NCBI GenBank assembly: GCA_030620375.1
Contig: JAUXEW010000002.1
Coordinates: forward strand, 1 to 34,196
Direction of reading: 5' to 3'
DNA: 34,196 nucleotides
Source: Desulfobacteraceae bacterium
GTDB taxonomy: Bacteria; Desulfobacterota; Desulfobacteria; Desulfobacterales; UBA5616
Shown: positions 18,384 through 27,226 of the stretch, piece by piece
Numbering within the stretch: the stretch's first letter is position 1
Layout: every line of letters begins with the position of its first letter
The notes under the pieces: generated by a model
The model's database searches: none
What the model was told of the DNA's origin: nothing
The model's input: the letters and a program-made list of their open reading frames with translations, nothing else
Translations under genes and position numbers: made by a program

Positions 18384-19640
18384 TTACAGACCCAATTCAC
18401 TAATCACATCGACCATAATCTCTTTATTGAGCATACTCGGATCAAAAAACGAATGATCGACTCCATAATTTACCAAAAGCTCCTCTGCCAAATGATTTTG
18501 GGTCCAGAACCCGGTTTTAAAATCAGCCATGCCCGAATATCCTAAAACACAGCCATCCTCGCCCTGTTGGGTTTGCTGTCTGAAAAAGCCGTTATTCAAG
18601 CCTTTCCATAACTGGCCTTGTTTATCATAGACTGCCGTATAGATCGGATAGAAGTGATCTTTAGGAAGAAACAATACTTTTTTCTCCTCCGGATACCGGG
18701 GATCTACAGATTTGGCATTAATGATATATACATCCCGAAGTTCAAAAGGATCATCAGGGCCGGCAATCAACGGTTGCTTAATCCCGCCCTCATACTTTCC
18801 TACGGCTCTTGATTGCATGTTAAACAGCCCTAACATGGTTTGCTCACCGACCATTTCGTAAGTGAACATCAGAATCTTTCCGTCAAAACCGTACACATCG
18901 TCCCAGGTAAGGGCAGAACCCCTTATCGGATTTCCCCGCTCGCTGGAAACCATCCGCATGGTTCTTCGCAAGGTCGGGATATAGACCCACATATCATCCT
19001 GCTTCAAGGCATCTTCATAACGCCAGGTTAAATTCACCATACCCCTGCCTTGGGGTGTAGTGCTTTCAAATAACATGGCAAAATGGAGTTTTCTTGGATT
19101 CGGAAGATTGGGCTTTGGATCGCGAGCCGTCCGATGGGTAAAATAAACATAGTCTATCTTTGTTCGAGAATTCGTTGATCTGCCCCCTTTTCTCTGTGAA
19201 AGTGACCAAAAGCCGAGATGATAAGCAAAATCATCACCCCGCCACCGGTAATAACAGTTCCACGCGAGTTTGAGCGCCTTGTTGGGTTCTTTCGGATCAG
19301 GGAAAGGCGTCCCGGTTAAATATCCGGACAAACTCCCATCAGGATTGAGTTTGGTTTTACCGGCATTTTTCTTGGTTGCCCGCAAGAAACTGGCAGCCGG
19401 CAGATTATCGGTATGCCCTTTGACATGAACCGTTACAGGGTCACATATTTCCCATCCGTCCGTGAAAAATTTTTCCATAAATTTAGGGAAATAATCCATG
19501 TACTGCTGAATATTCGAGCCGTTAATCACATCACCGGGTTGTGGTTCCGCGCTGAACGCCGTTCCCGGCGAAATACAAAACAACGATACAACGCCCAAGA
19601 ATAGAAAAAGAGAAAATCTACAATTCAGTTTTAACCTCAT
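18384..19640 (-). CDS. Secreted protein, probably DUF1329 (LolA-like fold) family
   Basis: Signal peptide FSLFLFLGVVSLFCISPGTAFSA/EP. The motif GTPFPDPKEPNKALKLAWNCYYRWRGDDF resembles the DUF1329 signature. A strong GGAGGG RBS is present. The family assignment is from memory only. Confidence 0.55.
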   Translation of the reverse strand: MRLKLNCRFSLFLFLGVVSLFCISPGTAFSAEPQPGDVINGSNIQQYMDYFPKFMEKFFTDGWEICDPVTVHVKGHTDNLPAASFLRATKKNAGKTKLNPDGSLSGYLTGTPFPDPKEPNKALKLAWNCYYRWRGDDFAYHLGFWSLSQRKGGRSTNSRTKIDYVYFTHRTARDPKPNLPNPRKLHFAMLFESTTPQGRGMVNLTWRYEDALKQDDMWVYIPTLRRTMRMVSSERGNPIRGSALTWDDVYGFDGKILMFTYEMVGEQTMLGLFNMQSRAVGKYEGGIKQPLIAGPDDPFELRDVYIINAKSVDPRYPEEKKVLFLPKDHFYPIYTAVYDKQGQLWKGLNNGFFRQQTQQGEDGCVLGYSGMADFKTGFWTQNHLAEELLVNYGVDHSFFDPSMLNKEIMVDVISELGL

Positions 19641-19757
19641 CTCTTACCCTCCTTTAACACGGTTGAATTATTGTATGTATAGAACGCGGGAAAATTAATC
19701 ATCCGGTATGATGAACGATTTTCTTCCTGCCGGTTCATCCACAATTACCCTCACAAA

Positions 19758-19780
19758 GCCAACAGCGTGCGCTTGTTGGC
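19758..19780 (-). terminator. Hairpin plus TTTG on the minus strand between the radical SAM and DUF1329-like genes
   Basis: GCCAACA...TGTTGGC forms a 7-bp stem with an extendable GCG/CGC and one bulge. On the minus strand it is followed by tttgtgagg. Confidence 0.3.
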
Positions 19781-19961
19781 ATAAGGGGAAGGGTGTTTTT
19801 CATTTTGTCTAAAACGTGGGTCTTCGACAACCTTAACGGGAACGATGTTTTTTATAACGTCTAATAACATATGGATAATACAAATAATAAAAAGAGGTTG
19901 GACAGGTAGCCACGAGCGTTGAAAAAGAAAGTTAGAACGAATCAAAAAAACTGTATATAAC

Positions 19962-20106
19962 TAGTGTCCATCCAGAAATGAAAATTTTTGTTCAAGATCA
20001 AGGCATGCGAAAAAAATAACCGGAGGCATATGTTTGATATTCCGAGGATTATTTTTTTCGCATAACGATGAGATTGGGCAAAAAGACCATTCCTGGATGG
20101 GCACTA
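19962..20106. repeat. 145-nt nested inverted-repeat element abutting the radical SAM stop codon
   Basis: Outer arms 19962-19980 and 20088-20106 give 17 Watson-Crick pairs, 1 G:T and 1 mismatch over 19 positions. Inner arms 20005-20019 and 20049-20063 pair perfectly over 15 bp (atgcgaaaaaaataa / ttatttttttcgcat). Confidence 0.6.
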
Positions 20107-21201
20107 ACTATCTAAACCACAGTGCCTTACGGCACTACTATCGAGCATTCCGGCCAGTCCGCCGCGTTCTGTGGGAGTGAATCCAATTGTTTTTTTCCAG
20201 ATTTCGTCGTCTTCCATACAAAAATAAATAAAAACGTCAGGTGCGGATTCCCTGATCCAGTTAACTATTTTTTGATAGAATGCCAATCGAAGCGGTTTAA
20301 AATACCTCATTTTTTTATCAAGGCCTAAGATAAACTCGCCATATATAATTTTTGAATCTGGAAATCGTTGTTGGATAATTGGTTTTAAAGCCGGCATAAA
20401 GCGGAAGGTTCCCAAGCTGATCCACACAACATTTTCAGGAGATACCGTTGAAAACAGACGTGTTATTACTTTTCTATAGTCATCTTCACAACCTTCGTAG
20501 AGTACCATGGGATCAAAATGAAAGGCCAATGGATACCCCCATGATTCACATGTTTTTGCGGCCTTTAGTCTCGCAGAAAGAGATGTGGTATTTTTTTCTT
20601 CGTTTTTAATGACGCGATCCGTATTCAACGACCATGCCATGATGGTTTTACGGTTATGATCAAATTGTTTAAAAGTTTCAATAGCGGTGGTTTTTGTTTT
20701 TAATTCCAATACGGCATGAGATTGATTGGAAAATTTTGGTACCAGAATGGTGGATAAATCCGTCCATGACTCCCAGATCATGCTGTCGGTAAATTCTCCG
20801 GTTCCAAATCGTTTTGTTTTTTTTATTCTAAAAGCCTCGTCAAGTTCGGCATGCATATCCCGGTGGTTGACAAAATATTGAAGCACCGGTGGATGAAAAT
20901 AAGACTGGAGAATACAATACGAACAGTCCATATTACAAAACGTGCCGATGTGAAGGATCATATAACCGCAACAATTGTAATTCCGGGTCCCCGGGCATCT
21001 TTTGATAAACCTGCCTTTGTTAGTGGTTATCAATAGAATCTGTTTCCCTTTTTGAACCGGATCATCAGCCGAAGAGACTTGTTTGTAAACGTCGCTAACA
21101 TTATCAACAAATTCAGTCGGTACGTCCAATCGCTTGCTTAACGATGCCACCTCTCTCCAATCCGCAACATCTTGGTCGATAATCAGTTTTTCAATTGGCA
21201 A
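20104..21201 (-). CDS. Radical SAM protein of the spore-photoproduct-lyase (SplB-like) family
   Basis: The CxxxCxxC motif is in HIGTFCNMDCSYCILQSYF. Size and layout resemble COG1533/SplB-like proteins. The start is TTG with a GAGGG RBS 7 nt upstream, and there is no in-frame ATG nearby. Confidence 0.65.
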   Translation of the reverse strand: MPIEKLIIDQDVADWREVASLSKRLDVPTEFVDNVSDVYKQVSSADDPVQKGKQILLITTNKGRFIKRCPGTRNYNCCGYMILHIGTFCNMDCSYCILQSYFHPPVLQYFVNHRDMHAELDEAFRIKKTKRFGTGEFTDSMIWESWTDLSTILVPKFSNQSHAVLELKTKTTAIETFKQFDHNRKTIMAWSLNTDRVIKNEEKNTTSLSARLKAAKTCESWGYPLAFHFDPMVLYEGCEDDYRKVITRLFSTVSPENVVWISLGTFRFMPALKPIIQQRFPDSKIIYGEFILGLDKKMRYFKPLRLAFYQKIVNWIRESAPDVFIYFCMEDDEIWKKTIGFTPTERGGLAGMLDSSAVRHCGLDS

Positions 21202-21421
21202 TGCTAAACCCTCTGCACATTGTAAAGATAAACTACCACCCGCTTGCGGTGGAGAGCTTCATTCAGGCCTGAGCGAAATTATGTTATCATAATCATCATC
21301 ATAATCAATAGATTCTTAACTTTCACTTTTCCGCGTATCTGCGGTAAATTTGAAAATTGTTCGATTTAGATTTTGGTAATTTTTTGATCGACAATGATTA
21401 TAATCAATGCTAATTTATGAT

Positions 21422-21546
21422 GGTCTCGTAAAAAGTCGAAAAGTTCTCTTTTCCGTCATTCCGGCGAAAGCCGGAATCCAGTAAATTCAATGCGTTCTGG
21501 ATGCCGAATCAAGTCCGGCATGACAATTTCGAGACTTTTTACGAGA
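21422..21546. repeat. MITE-like structured repeat with 14-bp perfect terminal inverted repeats
   Basis: The TIRs are tctcgtaaaaagtc (21424-21437) and gactttttacgaga (21533-21546). Interior pairings are GTCAT/ATGAC, ATTCCGGC-gaaa-GCCGGAAT (21458-21477), ATCCAG/CTGGAT and TGCCG/CGGCA. It has no coding capacity. Confidence 0.65.
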
Positions 21547-21619
21547 TTGTCAATTTATGAAAACTTCAAAAAACATCTTATCTGAAGAACGCCTTGTAAA
21601 ACTACCGAAAGGAGGAGTC

Positions 21620-22084
21620 ATGCAAAGATATAAAGCTGTTCTAATCCTTTTTCTGGTTCTGCTTACAGGGGCTGTATTGCTAATGCCCTCCTCATGTTCC
21701 GTTCCCCCTGAAACATTCATCGAAACCAAAGAACCCGAAAAAATTGATTTGGAACTCAATGAATATTTCACTTATGATGAAATATGGAATAAGGTTTTCA
21801 GTACCATGGTCAGAAATTTTTCCATCGAAATTTACAAAAAAGAAGATGGGTACATTCAAACCGCCTGGACAGGTCTGGGCATCGAAGAATCTAAAAAAAA
21901 ATATAGAACGCGGGTAATTATTCAGTTTAACCCGTACAGAGACCAGCTAACGATAGCACCGGAAGCCAAATTTCATACAAGATGGCTTTTTGGGCTGGAT
22001 ACGGGGTGGGTTGCCGGAATGGACGAATCCATAGTGGAAGATATCGTTGAAGTATTGATTAAATCCGTTGGCAAAATTTCCTGA
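21620..22084 (+). CDS. Small secreted/lipoprotein-like hypothetical protein
   Basis: The ATG at 21620 has a GGAGG RBS 5 nt upstream. The signal peptide is AVLILFLVLLTGAVLLMPSSC. The listed ORF start at 21557 lies inside the repeat element. Confidence 0.6.
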   Translation: MQRYKAVLILFLVLLTGAVLLMPSSCSVPPETFIETKEPEKIDLELNEYFTYDEIWNKVFSTMVRNFSIEIYKKEDGYIQTAWTGLGIEESKKKYRTRVIIQFNPYRDQLTIAPEAKFHTRWLFGLDTGWVAGMDESIVEDIVEVLIKSVGKIS

Positions 22085-22122
22085 GTGCCTTCCGATGTAG
22101 CCGGCTCGATATTTTCTGAAAA

Positions 22123-23076
22123 TTAATCAAAGACCGTTTTTGTACCGGGATGTCTGATAATCTTATCAAGCGTTTTATGGCAAGATTTGAGCTGTTGAAT
22201 ATCTTTAAAATGGAGTTGTATAGTATACGTATTGCCCTCAAAATATTTCGGTGGAACCATCTTCACCATATTTGTTAGCTTAAGTGACGTAATATATTTT
22301 TGAAACACCGCTTCCGATCGGGTGATGGCGGGGAACCTTCTTTTTTTTAAGTATGTTCGTAATTGTTTGGTAATCCGGGTTCGATCCAGATCTTTATTAT
22401 TGATAATTTTTTGAACATCATTCTCTTCCAACAGGTTTTTAATGGATATACCATCTCTTAACGCAATTTCTTTAATCAGCTCAATAATCTCCCGCTGCTT
22501 GTTCAGACTTAAATTCAGGTCTTGAAATAATTTTGCCAAACGGTTTCCCGTATCGGTTTCCAAATCGCCGAGCACCAATGCCATGGGCAAAGAGACGCCG
22601 CCGGATATAACAGATTCTTGAAGGGGCCATGGCAATCGGCTGATCTTTTTAATTTTATCGATAACCACTAGATTGTCAGGTAAACCAAGCGCCTTGGCTG
22701 TTTCAGACAACCGGTGCTGTGAGTCGAGTGAATCCGTTAGCAGGTTGAGCGCTCTGGATACCTCCACCAAATTCAGTGTTCTGTGTATCGCATTATCCGT
22801 TATGGCCAGCTTTACGCAATCAAGGCGGGAATGGTCTGAATCAGCTACTCTTGCATCAACCGCTGAAAAACCGATCCGTTGACAGGCTGCAATACGACGA
22901 AATCCATAGACAACCGTGTAGCTGGAATCTTTAGGAATCAATAAGGGCGGGTTGATCAACCCGACGGTCTTTAGAGACCGAACCAGATCATCGCACCTGG
23001 ATTCTGTTGTGACACGAAAAGAGGTGTCTGCCAAATCGATTGCGCTCAACCGAATGGCTTTCACCTTAAATTTCAT
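22123..23076 (-). CDS. ParB N-terminal (ParB/Srx fold) domain protein, non-canonical
   Basis: IRLSAIDLADTSFR...LVRSLKTVGLINPPLLIP...YTVVYGFRRIAACQRIG, with GFRR in place of the canonical GERR box. The ATG at 23076 has an AGGTG RBS, and an upstream GTG lies at 23085. It overlaps the purC stop by 11 nt. Confidence 0.65.
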   Translation of the reverse strand: MKFKVKAIRLSAIDLADTSFRVTTESRCDDLVRSLKTVGLINPPLLIPKDSSYTVVYGFRRIAACQRIGFSAVDARVADSDHSRLDCVKLAITDNAIHRTLNLVEVSRALNLLTDSLDSQHRLSETAKALGLPDNLVVIDKIKKISRLPWPLQESVISGGVSLPMALVLGDLETDTGNRLAKLFQDLNLSLNKQREIIELIKEIALRDGISIKNLLEENDVQKIINNKDLDRTRITKQLRTYLKKRRFPAITRSEAVFQKYITSLKLTNMVKMVPPKYFEGNTYTIQLHFKDIQQLKSCHKTLDKIIRHPGTKTVFD

Positions 23077-23962
23077 GGTTGACACCTGTAAGTTGATGCA
23101 ACGCTTCTAAATATTTTTGTTGGGTATGTTGGATAACGTTTTGCGGCAATGACGGGGCCGGTGGGTGTTTATCCCATTCGAGTGACGTCAAATAATCGCG
23201 AACATATTGTTTGTCATAGCTTTTTTGTGCTTTACCGACTTCATAAGAATCCTTTGGCCAGAATCTGGACGAGTCGGGGGTCAGCACTTCATCAATTAAG
23301 ATGACGTCATCTCCGATCAAACCGAACTCAAACTTGGTATCCGCAATAATGATTCCCTTTTCTTCTGCAATTCGACATCCTTGTTGATAAATTTCAATGC
23401 TATAATCTCTTACACGGTTTGCCAGGTCTTCACCGATTTTTTGGGCGGCTGTTTCAAAATCAATATTGATATCATGTTCGCCAATATCTGCTTTTGTCGA
23501 GGGCGTAAATATCGGTTCGGATAGTCTTTGGGACTCTTTTAAGCCCTTCGGCAGTTTAATTCCGCAAATACGACCTGAATCCTGGTAAGACTTCCAGCCG
23601 GAGCCTGATAGATACCCTCGAACAACACATTCGATGGAAAGCGGTTCGGCCTTTCGAACCAGCATACTCCTCCCTTCCAGAATTTTTGCATAGGGGTGAC
23701 AACTATCCGGATACTCATCTACATTGCTGGTAATCACATGGTGAGGCAAAATTGACACCATTTTGTCAAACCAGAAAAGAGAAATTTGAGTCAGAATCCT
23801 TCCTTTTTCCGGTATGGGGTCGGGTAAAATCACATCAAAAGCGGAAATTCTATCCGTAGCGACCATTAAGATATAATTGTCTAGATCATATATATCTCTA
23901 ACCTTACCTCTTTTTATCAGGTTCAAGTCCGAAAAATGAGTCTCGTATACAGCACCATTCAT
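23066..23962 (-). CDS. purC: Phosphoribosylaminoimidazole-succinocarboxamide (SAICAR) synthase
   Basis: LIKRGKVRDIYDLDNYILMVATDRISAFD...ECVVRGYLSGSGW...ADTKFEFG is the long-form PurC pattern. Confidence 0.93.
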   Translation of the reverse strand: MNGAVYETHFSDLNLIKRGKVRDIYDLDNYILMVATDRISAFDVILPDPIPEKGRILTQISLFWFDKMVSILPHHVITSNVDEYPDSCHPYAKILEGRSMLVRKAEPLSIECVVRGYLSGSGWKSYQDSGRICGIKLPKGLKESQRLSEPIFTPSTKADIGEHDINIDFETAAQKIGEDLANRVRDYSIEIYQQGCRIAEEKGIIIADTKFEFGLIGDDVILIDEVLTPDSSRFWPKDSYEVGKAQKSYDKQYVRDYLTSLEWDKHPPAPSLPQNVIQHTQQKYLEALHQLTGVNHEI

Positions 23963-24107
23963 TAAATTTGTGTCCTTTCCGTTCTTAACGCTCCTCTCAT
24001 TACATCATTTCGCAAGGCCATGAATCCAGAAAAGTTGAAGTTTAACCTAAACCCTGCAAACTCGACGCCTGGGGATTTAAAACAATTTCTATTGATGAAT
24101 GCACTCG

Positions 24108-24458
24108 CTATGCCGGCGCGGCGTTTTCTTTTTTGAATACTTTAATATATTCGGTTAAAATCACACGAGAAGAATCATCAATGTCAATGAACTCAATTCC
24201 ATATTCATACTGGTTATCCTTAGCAACAGAGTGCATAATCTTCCCTTTAAGATCCACTACATCATCTTCAATACCTAAGGTTATCCATAGCGTCTCTTTT
24301 GAAGCTATCGGAAATGTCGTTTCCAAACGAATGCCGGATTCAGAAACATTCAACGTTTTCCCCATTCCTTGTTGTACAACTTCACCGTTTTTTTTTACGC
24401 ATAAATACAAGAGGTTGAGAGAATTTACCCGTTCATGCCGTCTCTGATTTTCATTCAT
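24108..24458 (-). CDS. Single-domain PilZ protein (predicted c-di-GMP receptor)
   Basis: An RxxxR motif (RRHER) lies at the N-terminus and an [D/N]xSxxG motif (NVSESG) follows about 27 residues later. An AAGGA RBS is present. Confidence 0.8.
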   Translation of the reverse strand: MNENQRRHERVNSLNLLYLCVKKNGEVVQQGMGKTLNVSESGIRLETTFPIASKETLWITLGIEDDVVDLKGKIMHSVAKDNQYEYGIEFIDIDDSSRVILTEYIKVFKKENAAPA

Positions 24459-24508
24459 TATCAGATTCCTTTATAGCAGTAAAAAATGAAATGTTTTATC
24501 GGTCCGGA

Positions 24509-25702
24509 TCATTTCATTGCATGCCTTTTGTAAAATTCACAAACCATGAGAGAGGTTGCCGATATACAAGCCGCTCTATTTTCAATTAGATTTTTTAAAG
24601 TAGAAGAAAGCTTATTGTATTCCTCTCTGATCCGGGACATGTCCACCTCTTCAAGCATTAAATTTTTTGTCCCGTAGACAGAGGCGGAAAATGGCTCGTG
24701 GCCCATAGCAATAAACGGAATAGGACCTATAAAATCTTCTTGATAAAGATTGGCCAGCAGAACATCATCTTCTTTTGTGCGCCTGATGACATATGCACGT
24801 CCCTGTTTAATGGTGACAACTTTCTCTTTAGTGTCTCCCGGGCCAATATATAGCTTTTTTTGATTCAATTTCGTCAACGGATCTTTATTAAGGTAGTAGT
24901 CTATAGCCCGGTCCGTCGCCTGTTTTAAACGGTTGTCGAGGCTTATTAAAATGCCTTTTAATTCAGGAGACAGACTTCCGAATTCCGTTGACAAGCGATG
25001 CGAATCTAAAACGCCGAGAAGTACTTTATCGACAGCTACCACTGAAGCACTTCGAACATAATCTCCCAAAAGAAAAGAGCCGATACTTCCGACAAACGAG
25101 CCGTTTCCGATTCGAACAATGTTTACCCTACCCTGCGGTGTTTCTTTAACGATCTGTATGGTTCCTTCCAGTACCACCCATAACCAGGTGCCATGCCTTC
25201 CCTCTAGAACAATATCATCTCCCGCTTGAAACTCTTCTTCATCCAAAACATATATGTAATCAACCAGAGGGCCCTTGACAGTCGGTTGTGAGACGCCCAT
25301 CACCATCGAATCTTCGGATGCTTCTTCAATCGTGATGGGGCCCAATTTATCGATTTCATGATCATCGAGCATTTTTAGACCGCTTAAAATGAGCTGCATA
25401 CGACTTTCATGGATTTTGATCTCAGCTTGGACGTTTTCCAACCAAAACTCAAACGTCCCCTGTGTCCACCCGAACAATGAATAAAGCGCATCAAGGCCGG
25501 TCTTTGAACTGGCTGTCGCATTAATCGGGTTACCTTTGATAAAATATATTGTTCCGGGATCGGCTGCATATTCACTTGAAATTTTTAAAACTCCGGTACT
25601 ACCAAGGGATCCGATGAGTTGAATAAGATCTCCCAAACCGAAAAAGCTTAAATTTCCGGAAAAGACCGATTCCGAATCCATATCCGATTTTATTGGACCC
25701 AT
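24509..25702 (-). CDS. PATAN (DUF4388) domain fused to two cyclic-nucleotide-binding-like (CAP_ED) domains
   Basis: The N-terminus reads GNLSFFGLGDLIQLIGSLGSTGVLKI...GTIYFIKGNPINA...GLDALYSLFGWTQGTFEF. CAP_ED 1 reads FQAGDDIVLEGRHGTWLWVVLEGTIQIV...GDYVRSASVVA. A second, more degenerate barrel reads IKQGRAYVI...EPFSASVYG. Confidence 0.75.
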   Translation of the reverse strand: MGPIKSDMDSESVFSGNLSFFGLGDLIQLIGSLGSTGVLKISSEYAADPGTIYFIKGNPINATASSKTGLDALYSLFGWTQGTFEFWLENVQAEIKIHESRMQLILSGLKMLDDHEIDKLGPITIEEASEDSMVMGVSQPTVKGPLVDYIYVLDEEEFQAGDDIVLEGRHGTWLWVVLEGTIQIVKETPQGRVNIVRIGNGSFVGSIGSFLLGDYVRSASVVAVDKVLLGVLDSHRLSTEFGSLSPELKGILISLDNRLKQATDRAIDYYLNKDPLTKLNQKKLYIGPGDTKEKVVTIKQGRAYVIRRTKEDDVLLANLYQEDFIGPIPFIAMGHEPFSASVYGTKNLMLEEVDMSRIREEYNKLSSTLKNLIENRAACISATSLMVCEFYKRHAMK

Positions 25703-26304
25703 TTAAATTGCCTTTGAAGAGAGATCAACGTTAATTTTAAGCATTCCGTCAAGGTTTTTCCAACGCCTTCCCCTGTTACGGCACTACACGGGAATGAAGG
25801 TGCTTTCAGTTGCCGGTTTAAATCTCTTTCCATCTGTTCGATTGACATTATGGGTAGTCCTTCATCAGCCAAATCTCGCTTGTTATATTGCAGTACCAAA
25901 GGAATTTTAAAAACACTCATCCCGTATTCTTTTAAATTCATCTGCAAATCTTTAAGGGAAAGCATGTTTTTTTCACGCCGGACTTTCAAAGAATCCGCAA
26001 CAAAGACAACGCCGTCAACGCCTTTTAATACTAATTTCCGTGTGGATGAGTATTTAACTTGTCCGGGCACGGTATATAGTTGAACCCTGATGTCACACCC
26101 TTTTATCTTTCCCAATTCCATGGGAAGAAAATCAAAAAACAATGTACGATCACCTTCTGTGTTAATGGAAACCATATCACCGGCAATCTGTTTTTTAAAT
26201 GTTTTAAATGTATACTCCAGGTTTGTTGTCTTTCCACATCTTCCGGGACCGTAATAGACGACTTTGCATTCGATTTCACGTTTTTTCAGATTTAATACAG
26301 GCAT
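25690..26304 (-). CDS. mglA: MglA-family Ras-like small GTPase
   Basis: REIECKVVYYGPGRCGKTTNL (P-loop), GDRTLFFDFLP (intrinsic Arg), LYTVPGQV (catalytic Gln), YNKRDL (G4) and CSAVTGEGV (G5) are present. It is colinear with Myxococcus MglA as I remember it. A GGAG RBS is present. Confidence 0.9.
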   Translation of the reverse strand: MPVLNLKKREIECKVVYYGPGRCGKTTNLEYTFKTFKKQIAGDMVSINTEGDRTLFFDFLPMELGKIKGCDIRVQLYTVPGQVKYSSTRKLVLKGVDGVVFVADSLKVRREKNMLSLKDLQMNLKEYGMSVFKIPLVLQYNKRDLADEGLPIMSIEQMERDLNRQLKAPSFPCSAVTGEGVGKTLTECLKLTLISLQRQFKWVQ

Positions 26305-26410
26305 ATAGCAAGCTCCACATCAAGGATTCGAGTATAAACCCCTTTTCATCTAAAGCTTCAGGTAAAGTACGAGGGTTTTTTAAACTTAGTTCGCTGATAA
26401 CTAAACCGGC

Positions 26411-27226
26411 TTATTTTTTTTTATCGACATCCGTTTTTTTTGATTTTTTGATGGACGCCATTATGTCAAATTCCTCAAACTCCTCCTTTTCAAAGGTAAT
26501 CGGCTTCAGTTTTTTAGGTTTGGTTTCCGGCTTTTTGACCTGTGCCTTGGCTCCAGGGATTTCTTTTGGTTTTTGAGGTGTTGCCGTGGTTTCGGCGGCT
26601 TCAACTTCTTCAAATTTTGCCATATCCGGTTCGACAACCTCATCAACTTCGGTTTTTTCAGGAAGCGTTTTGTCGATTCCTTTATTTTTAAACGCCCCCT
26701 GGACAAATTTCCTCAACGTATCGAGTTGTTTCTTTGTCAAAAGATCATTTGAAAGCCATTGCTCATATTGCTTTGCGACATCATCATATTTGGATTCTAA
26801 TAAATAACAATTCATAATCTGCCTGGCCGCATCGAGTCGTATCGGTTCTATTTCGATAAGCTTCTGCAATTCAATGATGGCTCTACTGAATTGTCCGAAT
26901 TTGATGAGTGCTTTAGCCCCTTCCAGTTCAGCCGCATATTTATCTTCTCCTTCTACAGCGGTAAACATTTTGGTAATGAGGTCCTGCGATTCTTTGGTCA
27001 TCTTCGGTGACATGACTTTCTTTTCAACTATGGCAATTTCCTTTTCGAGAGTATTTATTTTGTCGGAAATGGCCCCAATAATTTTTTTCCCTTCTTGAGG
27101 TTTCAGGTTATTCTGAACAAACCCAAGTGTTTTCTGGTACTTATCCTTTGCTTCTGCCAACAGTCCCTGTGTTTTATATATATCCACTTCTTTTAATAAA
27201 GATTTAATGGTTGATTTGATATCCAT
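26411..27226 (-). CDS. TPR-like helical-repeat protein with a Lys/Glu/Pro-rich C-terminal tail
   Basis: TPR-like pairs include AELEGAKALIKFGQFSRAIIELQKLIEIEP and LDAARQIMNCYLLESKYDDVAKQYEQWL. The tail reads PQKPKEIPGAKAQVKKPETKPKKLKP...KKSKKTDVDKKK. I chose the ATG at 27226 (GAGG 6 nt upstream); the longest ORF starts at 27253. Confidence 0.6.
   Translation of the reverse strand: MDIKSTIKSLLKEVDIYKTQGLLAEAKDKYQKTLGFVQNNLKPQEGKKIIGAISDKINTLEKEIAIVEKKVMSPKMTKESQDLITKMFTAVEGEDKYAAELEGAKALIKFGQFSRAIIELQKLIEIEPIRLDAARQIMNCYLLESKYDDVAKQYEQWLSNDLLTKKQLDTLRKFVQGAFKNKGIDKTLPEKTEVDEVVEPDMAKFEEVEAAETTATPQKPKEIPGAKAQVKKPETKPKKLKPITFEKEEFEEFDIMASIKKSKKTDVDKKK

Noticed and set aside
19751-19945. 64-aa minus-strand ORF between the radical SAM and DUF1329-like genes
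   Set aside because: It has no RBS and an unremarkable composition, and it lies in an AT-rich spacer containing a terminator-like hairpin. There is no family resemblance.
24066-24074. CGCCTGGGG resembling the 3' conserved segment of the ZTP (pfl) riboswitch near purC
   Set aside because: It lies on the plus strand while purC is on the minus strand. The 5' subdomain consensus is absent and no plus-strand gene follows.
24133-24447. 104-aa plus-strand ORF
   Set aside because: It is the exact antisense shadow of the PilZ gene, which has canonical motifs and an RBS.
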